64,000 nucleotides of DNA from Octopus vulgaris (Eukaryota), in the NCBI GenBank assembly GCA_951406725.2, contig OX597815.1:175212001-175276000 (forward strand). The letters run 5' to 3'. Positions 27,100-39,587 of the stretch are shown here, in pieces. The position numbers and the translations under genes are program-made. The notes under the pieces were generated by a model. That model saw only the letters and a list, made by a program, of their open reading frames with translations. It ran no database searches and was not told the origin of the DNA. Positions within the stretch are counted from its first letter, which is position 1, and each line of letters begins with the position of its first letter.

Positions 27100-28350
27100 G
27101 GTTCCAAAGCAGTCTTCCAGAAAAAACAAAACAACAACAACTCATATTGATCTTGATGGGAATTGGGGAATAAAGATAGTTGCCATCTTTTGACAAGAGC
27201 CTCATGAATCAAATTCTGGTACTTGACTTTCTTCTGTTGGTTATATTAAGTCTGCTCTTCCAGGTTACTGTGAGGTAGGCTGCTAAAATGTTTTTTGTGT
27301 TCCTGGAACAATATCTGATTGGAGTGAGGTTACTGCTACTTCTTCCAAAAAGATGAACCTTTCTGGAAGTGATGGCAATAATCTCACTTTGGTTACTTGC
27401 ATGTCCCAGTTATATGCTTGGGGAAAAGCAGGAAAGCTGGTTCCTTGGAGCTGTTTTTGTCCTCTGATCCTTATCTCCTCACTACAGCTCTGTTCATTTG
27501 TCAATTTTTGTAAGGACTTGTGCCTTCACTTGTGTCAGTCTTCTCTCAATACTTTAGGACTTCTGATGATCAAATGCGATTCAGGGTGCAAAGACTTGTT
27601 CCACACTGCTTGCATGATGGATCCTTGTCTTTAATCCAGATTTTTAAGGTGATCAGAGGTCAGCTAGAGCACACAGGAGGAAGAACAGCTTGCATTGGCC
27701 AATACCCTAGAAGCCCTTCTCAGATGCTTATTACTTAAGAAGTTTTTACTACCACTGTCCTTGGCCACCAATCTTTAGTTGCTTTTATTTGATTTATTTG
27801 ATTGCCTTTCAATCTTCTGCACAATGAATCTTCTCTTGCCCTTCGTATTGACTGACTTGGCCCTTTCTCATGCTGTTGTAGTGTCCAAGAAGATGTTTCT
27901 GTTCATGACAAACAATCTCAATTTATTCTGGCATTACCAATATGCTTCTGCTTCTTACACAGCTTATTCATGCCACCTTTTATGGTCTTGTTGGCATGTC
28001 TGAGTTTCTTATCTTCAGACAGTAGCATGTGTAACCACTCTTGGTGGTTTTGCAATCTTCCACCTCTGATTAAGTTGTAAGTACAGCTTGGAACCATATC
28101 AGTGTAAGGTTGACCAAACTGAAAGTTAGGGGAACAAACAGCCATCCTTGTACGAATTTACTGCACAGCCTCTCTTCCATTTGAGTCACGAGGAAGTCGT
28201 ACAGCATGAATGACCATTGCAGTCTGGACATGGTAGTGTACTGGAGATCTCATGTCTATTTCTTCCAAGTAGCTGGTTTTTATCAAATACTTCCAGCCAC
28301 AAACTGGGTATTGCTGGTGTCCTGCAGAGTGCTGTCATAATTCTTTCTAA
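27100..28350 (-). mobile_element. Heavily decayed LINE-like fragment
   Basis: LINE-like composition with broken ORFs; no intact motif readable. Confidence 0.35.
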
Positions 28351-28362
28351 TGCAGCAATATC

Positions 28363-29460
28363 TAAGGAAGGCTAACTGGGAAGATGGTTTTTGTATGTGG
28401 CAGATGCTCAGGTGCTATAAACACTGAAAATGTGCAGAGAACAACTTCTGCCACATTCCAGGGAGAAAAACTAGAAGTAGTTGATAGCTTCTGTTACCTA
28501 GGTGACCAAGTCAGTAGCGGGGGCTGGGTGCTCTGTAAGTGTAGCTGCTAGAATAAGAATAGCCTGGGCAAAATTGAGAGAGCTCCTACCTCTGCTAGTG
28601 ACAAACGGCCTCCTGCTCAGAGTAATAGGTAGACTGTATGACACATGTGTACAAACAGCCATGCTACATGGCAGTGAAACATGGGCTGTGACTGCTGAGG
28701 ACATGCGTAAGCTCGCAAGGAATGAAGCCAGTATGCTCTGCTGGATGTGTAATATCAGTTTGCATACTCGACAGAGTGTTAGTGCCCTGAGAGAAAAGTT
28801 GGACCTAAGAAGCATCAGATGTGGTTTGCAAGAGAGACGACTGCGCTGGTATGGTCATGTGGCGAGAATGGATGAGGACAGCTGTGTGAAAAAGTGCCAC
28901 ACCCTAGCGGTTGAGGGAACCTGTGGAAGAGGTAGACCCAGGAAGACCTGGGATGAAGTGGTGAAGCACAACCTTTGCAAATTTGGCCTCACCAAGGAAA
29001 TGACTAGTGACCGAGACCTTTGGAAATATGCTGTGCTTGAGAAGACCCAGCAAGCCAAGTGAGACCATAATCTAGTGGCCTATGCCAGAGGCGTAACCAG
29101 CCCACTTATGTGTACCTTTCCTTCATTGGACACTAAACTCTACTTGCGAAGACCTGTTGAGGCAAGTGAAATTGAAAACAAATTCGATGACAGCACCGCA
29201 TGACTGGCATCCATGCTAGTGGAGTGCTAAGAGCACCATCCGAGTGTAATCATTGCCAGTAATGCTTGACTGGCCCTTGTGCTGGTGGCACATAAAAGCA
29301 CCCACTACACTCTCAGAGTGGTTGGCGCTAGGAAGGGCATCCAGCTGTAGAAACTCTGCCAGATCAGATTGGAACCCGGTGCAGCCATCTGGCTCGCCAG
29401 TCCTCAGTCAAACCGTTCAACCCATGCCAGCATAGAAAGCGGACGTTAAACGATGATGAT
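28363..29460 (+). mobile_element. 5'-truncated RTE LINE
   Basis: ORF 28502-29062 (RIRIAWAKLRELLPLL...RLRWYGHVARM...RGRPRKTW), 3'UTR and GAT tail. Confidence 0.93.
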
Positions 29461-32264
29461 GTACTAAATTCCTTTTTCTTAGATTGTTAGAATGTCGAAC
29501 TCTTGAATCCTGATGATGTTGATGGTCAGCTTTTCTTTCAAGATACTTGGGTTCATAGATTTTTTTTTTTGGAGAGAGTTGGTGGGTGAATTTTATCTCT
29601 TACCATGCAGCCATTTTTTTCCCATCAATTTCAAGTTATGCTGTGTTCTTTGGATTGATGTAATTTCACATGTAACTTCTCTTCTGGTTGGGTGTCTTGT
29701 TAGATGTCTTTATGTGATGATAGTTGCATTATTGGGTTGCTGATTTTGTATCCTTATATATGCGTATATATATATATATAAAACTCTCAATGGAAGTCTC
29801 GTGCATCCATGTGGAAATCATGAGATGAGAGATGAATAGAGCTAGCAGCCATTAAAGAGCCAATACCACTATGCATGTGGAGGATGCTAGGAACTGTACA
29901 CTGTGGCCCTCAGAAGTGAACAGTGTAACTTGCCGTTACGAACATTCAATATATTCTCTAAACGAGCGAAGCATAACACTTTGGTCTTCTGCACAGTTTT
30001 CCTTCTAAGTTTAGTAGTCAGTTCATGTTTACAATAATGGATTTTGTTGTAGATCTTGCTATTACATCCTTCTCAAATAGTCCTTTGTTGGTGAATTTTA
30101 TCTTTAACAAATCTTTGTGGGACATCAGAACCATGGCTCCCCTACTCTCAATACTTGGTAGTGCTCCAATTCATTCTGGATCAGTCGATGGGGTATGCTT
30201 GGATAGGCTTTGACGAGATCTAACCAAATGACTGAAAGTGTGACAGCTTTTGGCTTCTTTAATGATAATCAATATAAGTTCAAAACATTCAGAATTCTTT
30301 ATTTTTGGATACTTGTATGAATGTAATATTCTCATTGATAAGTGGACCTGATATTAGCCTTTTAGCAATGATGGTCAGAATACTTTCTCTTCAATATTTT
30401 ACAAGGAAATCTCTCCAAATTGGTCAAATTCTGATGGATTCAGTTCTTTAAGGATAAAGCAGACTTAGTGAGTTCCTGCTGAATTCCTGCATTTTCTTCC
30501 AAAGCATGCATAAACAGCAGTCTTTGTAGCAGAAGGCAGTTTTTGTAGATCCTTTAAGTGATACCAGATGATTGTGGAGCAGAGCTTACTCGTGCTTTTG
30601 CCACCATTTGTCTCTTTTATCAAGTGTGAAATCTGCCTTGTTGAGAGGGGTTTCTGGCTTGAACATTTGCTGTTGAAGAAGACAATCTCCCAATATAATA
30701 ATGTCTCTGCTGGTGGGGTCACTGTGCACTACTGCCTCTCTATATTTTACTCTTTGGCTTTTCATGAAGGTCAACCATAAAACCACAAAGGGGTGAAAAT
30801 GCTTTCCTTTGTTTATGCTCCACTCTCTCCCTGCTTATCCTGTATTGTCTCTACCATATAATGCCGAAGCAGAGTTGTTTGCAGCTATGAATTTCGCTGG
30901 TTTAAGGCAGCTTTTTCTCTCTCATCTTTTCCTTAATAATCTTCCTTCCTCATTTCTATGATGTGGTACAATTTCTTTCTGGGACCATGTGGTTTGTCAG
31001 ATTTTACTTTTTCCATGCCAAAAACATCTTTGCATGTTTCATAATCTTTATCTTTCTAGTCGCATCTCCTTTATGCTCTACTGAAGATGCCTAGATCTTT
31101 ATTGAAATGTGTTATAGTATGCTGCTGGTGGTAAATTCAGTCTAGATTTCTACTCAAAATCCTCATGGCTTTTGGATTCATCTTTTTCTCCTGTGCTTTG
31201 ATCTTGGACTACATTGAACTCTTGAACCCTTAGCTGAACAGAGAAGTCTCCCAGTTCTGTGCATTCTATCCTGGTTTTAGTTCTCCACTGACTAACAAGC
31301 AGTTCTGAGAAGCTCAGATTGTTTTCTGGGTCATGTTTTGCATTACTATAATTGCTTTTTGCATTTAGACTTGAATTGTAATGTTGCTTTCATTCTTGAA
31401 TATTCCATCACAGACGTTGCCTCTCATTTTGGCATCACTCTCCTCTCTTGTCTTTCTACCATTGTCTGTGTCATCATTTGGTATTTATGGTTTACTAATA
31501 CAGTACTTCAGACCATTGGCCCTATCTTTTTTGGATATCATCTTTCTGTGCTGCTACATCATTCTTTCACTGATGTCATTTAACACTCACACCAGGGCTC
31601 CATAAAGTACATTAATAACCCATTATACTCTGAATGAAATTAACCGTGAATATTTTTCAATGTGAAATCAATCAATTTGTGACACAAGAGAAAGAGGCTC
31701 ACTGACAGTATCTAAACAATATGTCTGTTGCTTGCCAGGTGACTCGTTACAAAGCATTGTTTATTGATGTTGACAAGTGAATCTCCATAGTAACAAATTC
31801 GAAAACACAGAAATATGTTACTTTTGTTTTACACTCTCAGAGAGTTTAATGTTGGTGGCACATTACAAGCACTCAGCACACACACACTGCAAAGTGGCTG
31901 GTGTTAGGAAGGGCATCTGGTTGTAGAAACCATGCCAAATCAGACTGGAACCTGGTGCAGCTTGCCTGCTCTGGTCAAACCGTCCAACCCATGCCAGCAT
32001 GGAAAACGGACATTAAAAGGACGATGAGATTACTCTTATCAACAAAGCAAAATAACAGCAGAACAGACTGTCTCAGTTCTAAATGTTAAAAAGAAATCCT
32101 GTCTATTATGTTTGTAAAGATATCAATAACTTGTTGCTTCTGTGAATCTGTGCTATGTGTTTAATTCTAATAGAATATTCTAGAAACTTGAACTAAAGAT
32201 GCATTCTAAATTTAGACAACGCATTTGTAATAGCTACTAATGACATGATTTAATTTGTTTCCAG

Positions 32265-32462
32265 CTGTCAAAGAATGGAGTGAAAACACGATTAATTCCC
32301 TCACTTGATGGTGGTTTATATCAAGAGGATGGCGCTAATATCGAACGACTTCTTATATCCTCTGAAACCCTTCTTAGTTCTACATTCCGCATCGATGATG
32401 ATACTATGATGATAGGAGGGAAAACTATTCAAAACTATGGAATTGATATGAACTCTGGACAA
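32265..32462 (+). CDS. EIF2AK3: PERK exon 3
   Basis: LIPSLDGGLYQ...LLSSTFR...MIGGKTIQNYGID matches PERK IIPSLDG...GGK. Phase 0-0. Confidence 0.93.
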
Positions 32463-33899
32463 GTAAATATTTCTAAAATATTTTCAAAAAAGAAATTTTA
32501 TTAAATATTTTTTCTTCATATTTTAAGTTTTTATTTCTGATGGTATTAAGTTTGTCTCTTAAGGCCAATGGAACTATTCTAGTTTTTACTGTTATAAACC
32601 ATCACTAGTTTTTGCTGATATTAGTTTTTACTGGCAGGGGTTATCACTTCCAGTGCAAGAGATAAATCCTCAAATGTGCAACTCTGCTAAGAGATTTTCA
32701 AATGTGCAAATAGAAAGAGAATGCCAGCACATGGTGTAGGATGGCAGGTTCTGTGGTAAACTTGGCTCTGTAGAATTATATTGGTGTTTAAAGGGTGGGA
32801 AAATGGTAGGAACACTTTATCACATTGTTTTCTAAAATTGGAGTAGAAACATGTAGACAAAGAAAGAGTGAAGAGTTTAGTGAAGACAAACGGCAGTGCA
32901 GGTACGCATGTGCACGCACACGCACACACTCACTCACTCACCCTTTCTTTCTCTCTCTCTCATTGAGATAATAAGGAGGATTGTCAAGAGGGTTATTTTG
33001 TTAGAGGTTTTTGCACAAATAATAATAATAAAAAGTACCTACAAAAGAACAAGACCTCGATATTAGATAAACAGAGGATTATTTATCATCATCATCATCA
33101 TCATCATTTAGCGTCCGTTTTCCATGCTAGCATGGGTTGGACGGTTTAACTGGGGTCTGTGAAGCCGGAAGGCTTCATCAGGCCCAGTCAGATTTGGCAG
33201 TGTTTCTACGGCTGAATGCCCTTCCTAATGCCAACCACTCCGCGAGTGTAGTGGGTGTTTTTTACGTGCCACCTGCACAGGTGCCAGACAGAGCTGGCAC
33301 AACGGCCACGAACGGATGGTGCTTTTACGTGTCACCGACACGGGGCCAGACAGAGCTGGCAAACGGCCATGAACGGACGGTGCTTTTACGTGTCACCGGC
33401 ACGGGGGCCAGCCGAGGCTGGCAACAAACAGTAAAATGTTCTCATTATAGTAATCGGTTTCGAATGTTGGTTAATTTAAATAATGGCAACAGATGAGAAT
33501 GCATCATAGCAACATTTGAAACTCCGAGTACTATAATGACAGCTTACTGTTTGTTCTAAAGTATAACACACACATGCACGCATGCGCACACACACACACA
33601 CATACTGGTGGGTTGAAAATGATGAATCTGGGTGATACATATATATTTTTGTATGGGATTTGGAATCGAAAGATGTATGTAATGAAGATAGCTTTGTTTG
33701 CATTCATACTTACAGAGCTATTTTTGTTCAAAAGTCGTAGATGGGAATATTCTGTGAGGTTAAAGTAGGTTCTTCTACTACGGAACTAGAAAACCTGCTA
33801 CAGTTTCACCATTGGATATATTGTGCACACAAATATATTTAGACAGACTTCATGCAGAAGTATTTGAACCCCATTCTCAAAACCCTTTAGTGTTTATAC

Positions 33900-34700
33900 C
33901 AGCTAAAAGATTCCGAAAAGACTAGATGAATCTGAGGAATTACAACCGTGTTTCGTGGTTTGCTACCACAACAGATCCAGTTAGCTCAAGACATCATCAG
34001 GAGGAACCACATCTGGTTTCGGCCCCTACTCCTCTACTGTTTTGACGTGGCTGCCCCCCACTTTCGGAGGTGTTTTCAGCTCTGGTGTTGGGTGCATATC
34101 CTCTTTCTTCTGTTCCTTGGCCTCTTCGATGTAGCGTCAGCCGGTGACTGACTGACTTGTAAAATGTTTTCCCTTTAAATACCTGCCACTAGGCTCCAGC
34201 AGGCAGCATCAGCAAGTTGTCACGTGACACTGTCTCACCTTAACTTACCAGTGAAGGCACGTAGTCTTAGCCTGCGCATTCTCTAAATGACCGTCACCTG
34301 TCAGTCAGCGAAGCTGATTCTGTATCAGCTTGTCTCACCTAGTGATGTTATTTTCTGCTGGCATGTTATGACTTTCAAGCCATTTTTGGTCTTCTTGCTT
34401 CAGCCATATATAGAAGCTGGCTTTTTCGACCGCCTCCTGTACTCTCCTTATTAGCTTTCACAGCTTAGAGCTAGAAAAAACAAATCTTTTGAATAGCGTT
34501 GTCATTTTCCTTTCAATGAAGCCTCGAGCCCCCACTGCCAGGTGGTAATACTCGACATTCCATCCCTGTTCTCTGCACTCTTCGATTAGTTTTTCGTACC
34601 TCTTCTCCTTTCGTTGGGATACGAGGAAATTGCCAATTCTCAAGCAAAGTAATATTTCCTCTTGGTCAGGCATGGTTTTACTGTCATACAAGTGGTGTAT
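33900..34700 (-). mobile_element. 3' end of an RLE-type (HERO/R2-like) non-LTR element
   Basis: RKEKRYEKLIEECREQGWNVEYYHLAVGARGF is a typical restriction-like endonuclease C-terminus, followed by a GC-richer 3'UTR. Confidence 0.6.
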
Positions 34701-35137
34701 GGCAGTGACTCTTATTAACAACCACCATGCAAAGTCTAGACAAGGAAACACTCAGACATACTGACACACACCTATACATATGTGTGTATATGATGGGCAT
34801 CTTTCAGTTTCTGTCTGCTAGGCCTACTCAAGAGTTTGCTCCACCCAGCTCTATAGTAGAAGAGACTTGCTCAGAGTGCCACACAGTAGGACTGAACTCA
34901 GAGCTATGTAGTTGGGAAGCAAACTTCTTACCACACAGCCATGCTTGCGCCTCATAAAATAGAAGAAATAGACCAGTTTAAGCCATTATAAGCTGATGAC
35001 TTCCAGACAAATAAAAAGGATTTACACCTCAGTTTTTCAGCAGATCTTTATGAATGTCGATTTATGAAATTTTGGTAATTAACTTTAAAATGTCATTAAA
35101 TGTAATTACAATGAATATTTTTTTTTTTTAAATTCAG

Positions 35138-35274
35138 CTTCGATACACATGTTCCGTGAATGGATGCCAACAATTTGGTTATACAGATTCATTGGGTGAA
35201 GAAGAAGATTTGATAGTTATTACAAGAAACACTCAAACAATACGAGCTGTTGACTCACGGAGTGGTTCGGAAAA
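35138..35274 (+). CDS. EIF2AK3: PERK exon 4
   Basis: LRYTCSVNGC...EEEDLIVITRNTQTIRAVDSRSGSEK. Phase 0-2. Confidence 0.93.
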
Positions 35275-35544
35275 GTAAGATGCTCTTGTGATTTGTTTTG
35301 TTTCTGTCTGTTTGCTGAGTGTGTATCTTGTATTTGTAGCACGTGACAAATCTAAATTGGTTGAGCCAACGGGAGTAAAAACGTTCTGCTTGGTACAGAG
35401 TATTTGTACGATCCTGATGTAAGTATTGGGAAAAAGTGTTTAGTTGATATTTTCTTATAAGAAATGAGTTTTAGTTTTGCTGAAGTAGTTATCTCATGTG
35501 ACTAGAAATTTCAATGGTCTGCTTGTCTCCTAGTTGGCATTCCA

Positions 35545-35880
35545 TCATTTGCATGACTGTGGCCATGCCAGGGCATTGCTTTGAGGAATTTCAGTTGAAT
35601 GAATCAACCCCACTGCTTAGTTTTTTAGCCTGGTACTTATTCTATTGGTCTCTCTTGCCAAACCACTAAGTTACAGGAATGTAAACACACCAACGTCAGT
35701 TGTCAAGCAATGGTTGGGGGACAGACAGACACACACACACAATGGGCTTACCTACCAAATCCGCTCACAAGGCTGTGGTTGGCTTGAGGCTATAGAAGAC
35801 ACTTGCTCAAGGTGGGACTGAACCTGGAATGATGTGGTAGGGAAGCAAACTTCTTGCCACATAACCACACCTGCGCCTAA
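35545..35880 (-). mobile_element. tRNA/CORE SINE copy (further partial copies at about 34800-34955, 39810-39965, 44950-45045)
   Basis: Colinear with 61288-61680. Confidence 0.75.
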
Positions 35881-36856
35881 TACAAAATGCTCGGGATTAT
35901 TTTTGTTGCACCTTAATTTACTCAACAAGTGAAATTTGTTTCAAGTCAGCCATTAAATTTTATTAAGCAATTGGTTTTCCTAACCGGAGGGTTCCAGTCA
36001 CTTTTCAGTTGGTATTGAAAGAGATGACAGGTATTAGTGAAGTGTCATTGTGCATTTTGCTTCAATCCAGATTTAATAGGATTACCTGTAAAACACACAT
36101 ACACACACTTCTTAGGCAGTGGTTTTCCAATGTCATTTTGAATTTCCTTTACATTTTGTGGCAACTAAGTGTTCTGCTGCAAACCTGTAGAAGAGCATTA
36201 ACCCCACTGGATTACTCTCAAGTATGTTATTTATGGTTATCCTACAATTTTTGATGCACATAGCAATCCTTTATCATAATTTCTTAATGTTTGAATAGCT
36301 GACTTTCATCCACAACATTTTTGTGTTACTTAAACTGAATTCATTTAACTAAAGGCTTTCTATTAGCAAAACATCCACAAACTGTATTTTTCACGCTGGT
36401 AATCCCAACAGCACCTTTGCACAATAGCTCAGTTCGAAAGCTGAACAATTTTTCATCTTGTTATTCAGTTAAAAATATGCTGGCTTCAAAGGGAGAATAT
36501 TTTGAACTTCATTAGGTCTGTGTAACATATTTGTTCCTGACATTGACAAGCCTCAGCACATACCATATTTTATGTAGCATACTTCCACTTCTCAATGGAA
36601 ATAGCTGCATTGATTTCTATTCTTAGAAAAATTTAGATGACTTTAAGCTATATTGGTTGCTATGCAAGATGCATCAACTTTTACAACATAACGTTAGATG
36701 ACTCCTGATGAACACATAACTCATTCTTGTCTCAACTTAGGCCACTGTCTTTATCAAAGACTTAGTTGTGTTGGTGAACAAGATAATGGACTTTCCTTTG
36801 CTTGTTTTCTCTGGTACATTTGGGAGCTGTGGCATCATCAGTACATAACTCTAGAC

Positions 36857-37018
36857 CAGTGCTTCCCAACCTGGAGTCTGCAGACCTCTGGTGATCTGTG
36901 AACTAAATTCAAAATTTCCTATATATTTATATACAAGGATAAGCATATTAAAAGGTGTCCGTGAAAAAACTCATTTAAATAAAAAGGTTGGGAAGTACTG
37001 AAAAGGTGGGAACCACTA
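36857..37018. mobile_element. hAT/Charlie-like MITE with a duplicated right end
   Basis: TIR cagtgcttcccaacct pairs with aggttgggaagtactg (ends 37000). A second end aggtgggaaccacta follows. 8-bp TSD-like ctctagac / ctatagat. Confidence 0.6.
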
Positions 37019-37680
37019 CTATAGATAGTTTCCACAAGTAGAATCTGAAATCTATTGGAAATGGCAGAGAGGCAAGCACAAGCAAGCTGTGGGTTACGTA
37101 GCTGTGGGTTTTGTCAAGACGTGGGGGTTCACAGTGTTGACATCATCATCATCATCGTTTAACGTCCGTTCTCCATGCTAGCATGGGTTGGACGGTTCGA
37201 CCGGGGATCTGGGAAGCCAGAAGGCTGCCCCAGGCTCCAGTCTTATTTGGCAATGTTTCTACATTATTGGAAATTTGCTGAAAATGCTTGTGAGTGTGGC
37301 AAAGCTTGTACACAAAGGAAATTTCTCAGCTATGGAAGCGGAAGTGAGCTTTGTACTGTCTGCTCAAATATATAAGAATTGACTTAAGTAAGAGATTACT
37401 TATGCTTAATTTGGGATTGCAATAGATAGTTAGGTTAGTAATTGTTGTTAGAGAATTTTTCACTCCCTTATTCGGAGCTGATTCTTTTGTGCATTTGATC
37501 TCTTAGAGGAGGTTAAATGCCATCAGCTTATTGATTCCACAATCAGCCGTACTGTCAGTATTGGATTGTATGTAAAATTGATAGTTATTGCATCTTTTTC
37601 CTCTTTTATTTATTTATTTATTTATTTTTTTTTTTTTTCAAATAATTAAGTTTAAAATTTCCTTTTCATATTTCAAACAG

Positions 37681-37817
37681 ATGGAATTTCAGTGTTGGTC
37701 ACCATGATGTAAATTATGTTGGTTTGTTGCAAAACAAGCTGATGAAGTCTAACACAGAAGTGGATGACGCTTCTGAAATGGAGGGAGAATTGGAGAATAA
37801 CTTTGTAACATGTCCTG
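37681..37817 (+). CDS. EIF2AK3: PERK exon 5
   Basis: (K)WNFSVGHHDVNYV matches PERK EKWNFSVGH. Donor GTTAGA in phase 1 fits the next exon. Confidence 0.88.
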
Positions 37818-38896
37818 GTTAGACATTTCATTTATTTACGTATTTTTAAAAAACTGAAATCATGAATGACTGCCTCTTCTTTCTACTAAGTCTGATAAAT
37901 TCTTTTTTATTTTTTAATAAATAAATCTTTTTTGACACTTTAAACAAGGATATTTTAAAGTTGCCATAGGAATTTATTTAATATTTGCTTAATATTTATT
38001 TAATATTAATTAATATCTATTTAATATTTATTTAATATTTATTTAGTACAAACTGAAATTTGTGGAGACTTGTAGTGTTAGTAGTTGTTTGTAATTGTAG
38101 TCATTATAGAGCAGAATGCAAAGAAGCATGGACAACATTTAGTGTTTATGATGCTGAAAAAACGAAATGAATGTTCTGGATAATATGTTTAGTATTGCAG
38201 ACTTGAGAAGTGGGAGGGTTTATTTCTTGTACCATTTGAAAGTTTTTGGTAGGGGTACCTCTGAGTCAGCACTCTTAAATAGTTTCTGTCTCATTACAAA
38301 GTGTTTTTTTCTCTCTCTGGTGTTAAGTGGAGTTTTTTTTTCTCTCAGTACAATGTGATAATATGAACCCAGAATTCTTGAACCAGAATTTTAACATTTT
38401 ATTATCCAGTTAATTGTTGTAACTACACACCATTAACATGTGCTGGCAGCAGGATTTTTTAAGTGGACTATTGTCTAATGGGGTTTACTTCCATTCCTAA
38501 GTGAGACATAATCTTTTGGCCTGAGTTGGAGGGTAGTAGCTCTGTATAAGAACTAATTTGGACTTTGATGACCCATCCAATCCAGGTCAGCATAGAAAGT
38601 GGATGTAAAATGATGATGGTGTAACATCATCTGAAGTAGCTGCCCCTAAACTAACCTGTACTTTACATTTTAGAGTCTTGACAAGGTATAATAGATCCAA
38701 TCTTTCCTTTCTGAGCAATCAAGTGAAATCTTATCTTGAGCAGAAATAAAATTTTCTTCTCAAGATTTGGTGAAAGACAAAAAGGTTGCTTTTAATGGGC
38801 AAACTTCACTGAAATGTTTTTGTGTGTGTGTGTGTGTGATGAGTAAATATTCATATTTAGAGAATCTAAAATTGGAAATGTTTTAAATCGTTACAG

Positions 38897-39003
38897 ATGA
38901 AATGAATGATATTGTAGAGTCTTCACTAAAGATTCTGGTACCCCAGGGCATAATATTCTGTGTATGTCCTGATGATCCAAATCAGATGCTATGGCAACAT
39001 AAG
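38897..39003 (+). CDS. EIF2AK3: PERK exon 6
   Basis: DEMNDIVESSLKILVPQGIIFCVCPDDPNQMLWQHK. Acceptor ttacAG, donor GTATGT, phase 1-0. Confidence 0.85.
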
Positions 39004-39388
39004 GTATGTTTGTCAAATATTTATCAACAAAATTATGGTATTTTTATTAACTTGTTTGAAATTTAATTTTCTAAAATTTCTCATTTTTGAAATTTAATTT
39101 TAAATAATTTCTCAGACATTCTTTTGTGTCACTTTAATTTCTTTATGCAAATCAATGTAATTAATTTTTCTATGTTGTCTAAAAAGTAATTTGTTGAAAA
39201 AATGAGTTCATTTGATTATCCTTTGCGTTTCTGAACAACAATTTCAGCATTTAAAAATATAACGGCTTTAATAAGTTTGCTTTCTTTTTCTTTTAAGAGT
39301 AGTTGCTTGTGATCTTCATTATCTTAAAATATTTTTCCATGGATGGGTTTACAACTCAGAGTATATCATCATCATCATCATCGTTTAA

Positions 39389-39587
39389 CCCTTTTGTTAC
39401 CAACCCGGCTGAAACTGCTCTGTAGTACAAATGTCTTGTTTTCACAAGTTTTGAATTAAAATCTTTCACCAAACTTTAGTCACAATTTATGTTCCTAACA
39501 CTAGCTTAATGATAACTAAGTTATTTTACTAATTTAAAGTAATTGAAAGAAAAACAGCATCTCAACAGAAATATGGTAACAAAAGGG
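39389..39587. mobile_element. piggyBac-type MITE nested in an RTE tail
   Basis: TTAA|CCCTTTTGTTACCA ... TGGTAACAAAAGGG|TTAA. A partial relative ends at 44772. Confidence 0.88.
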
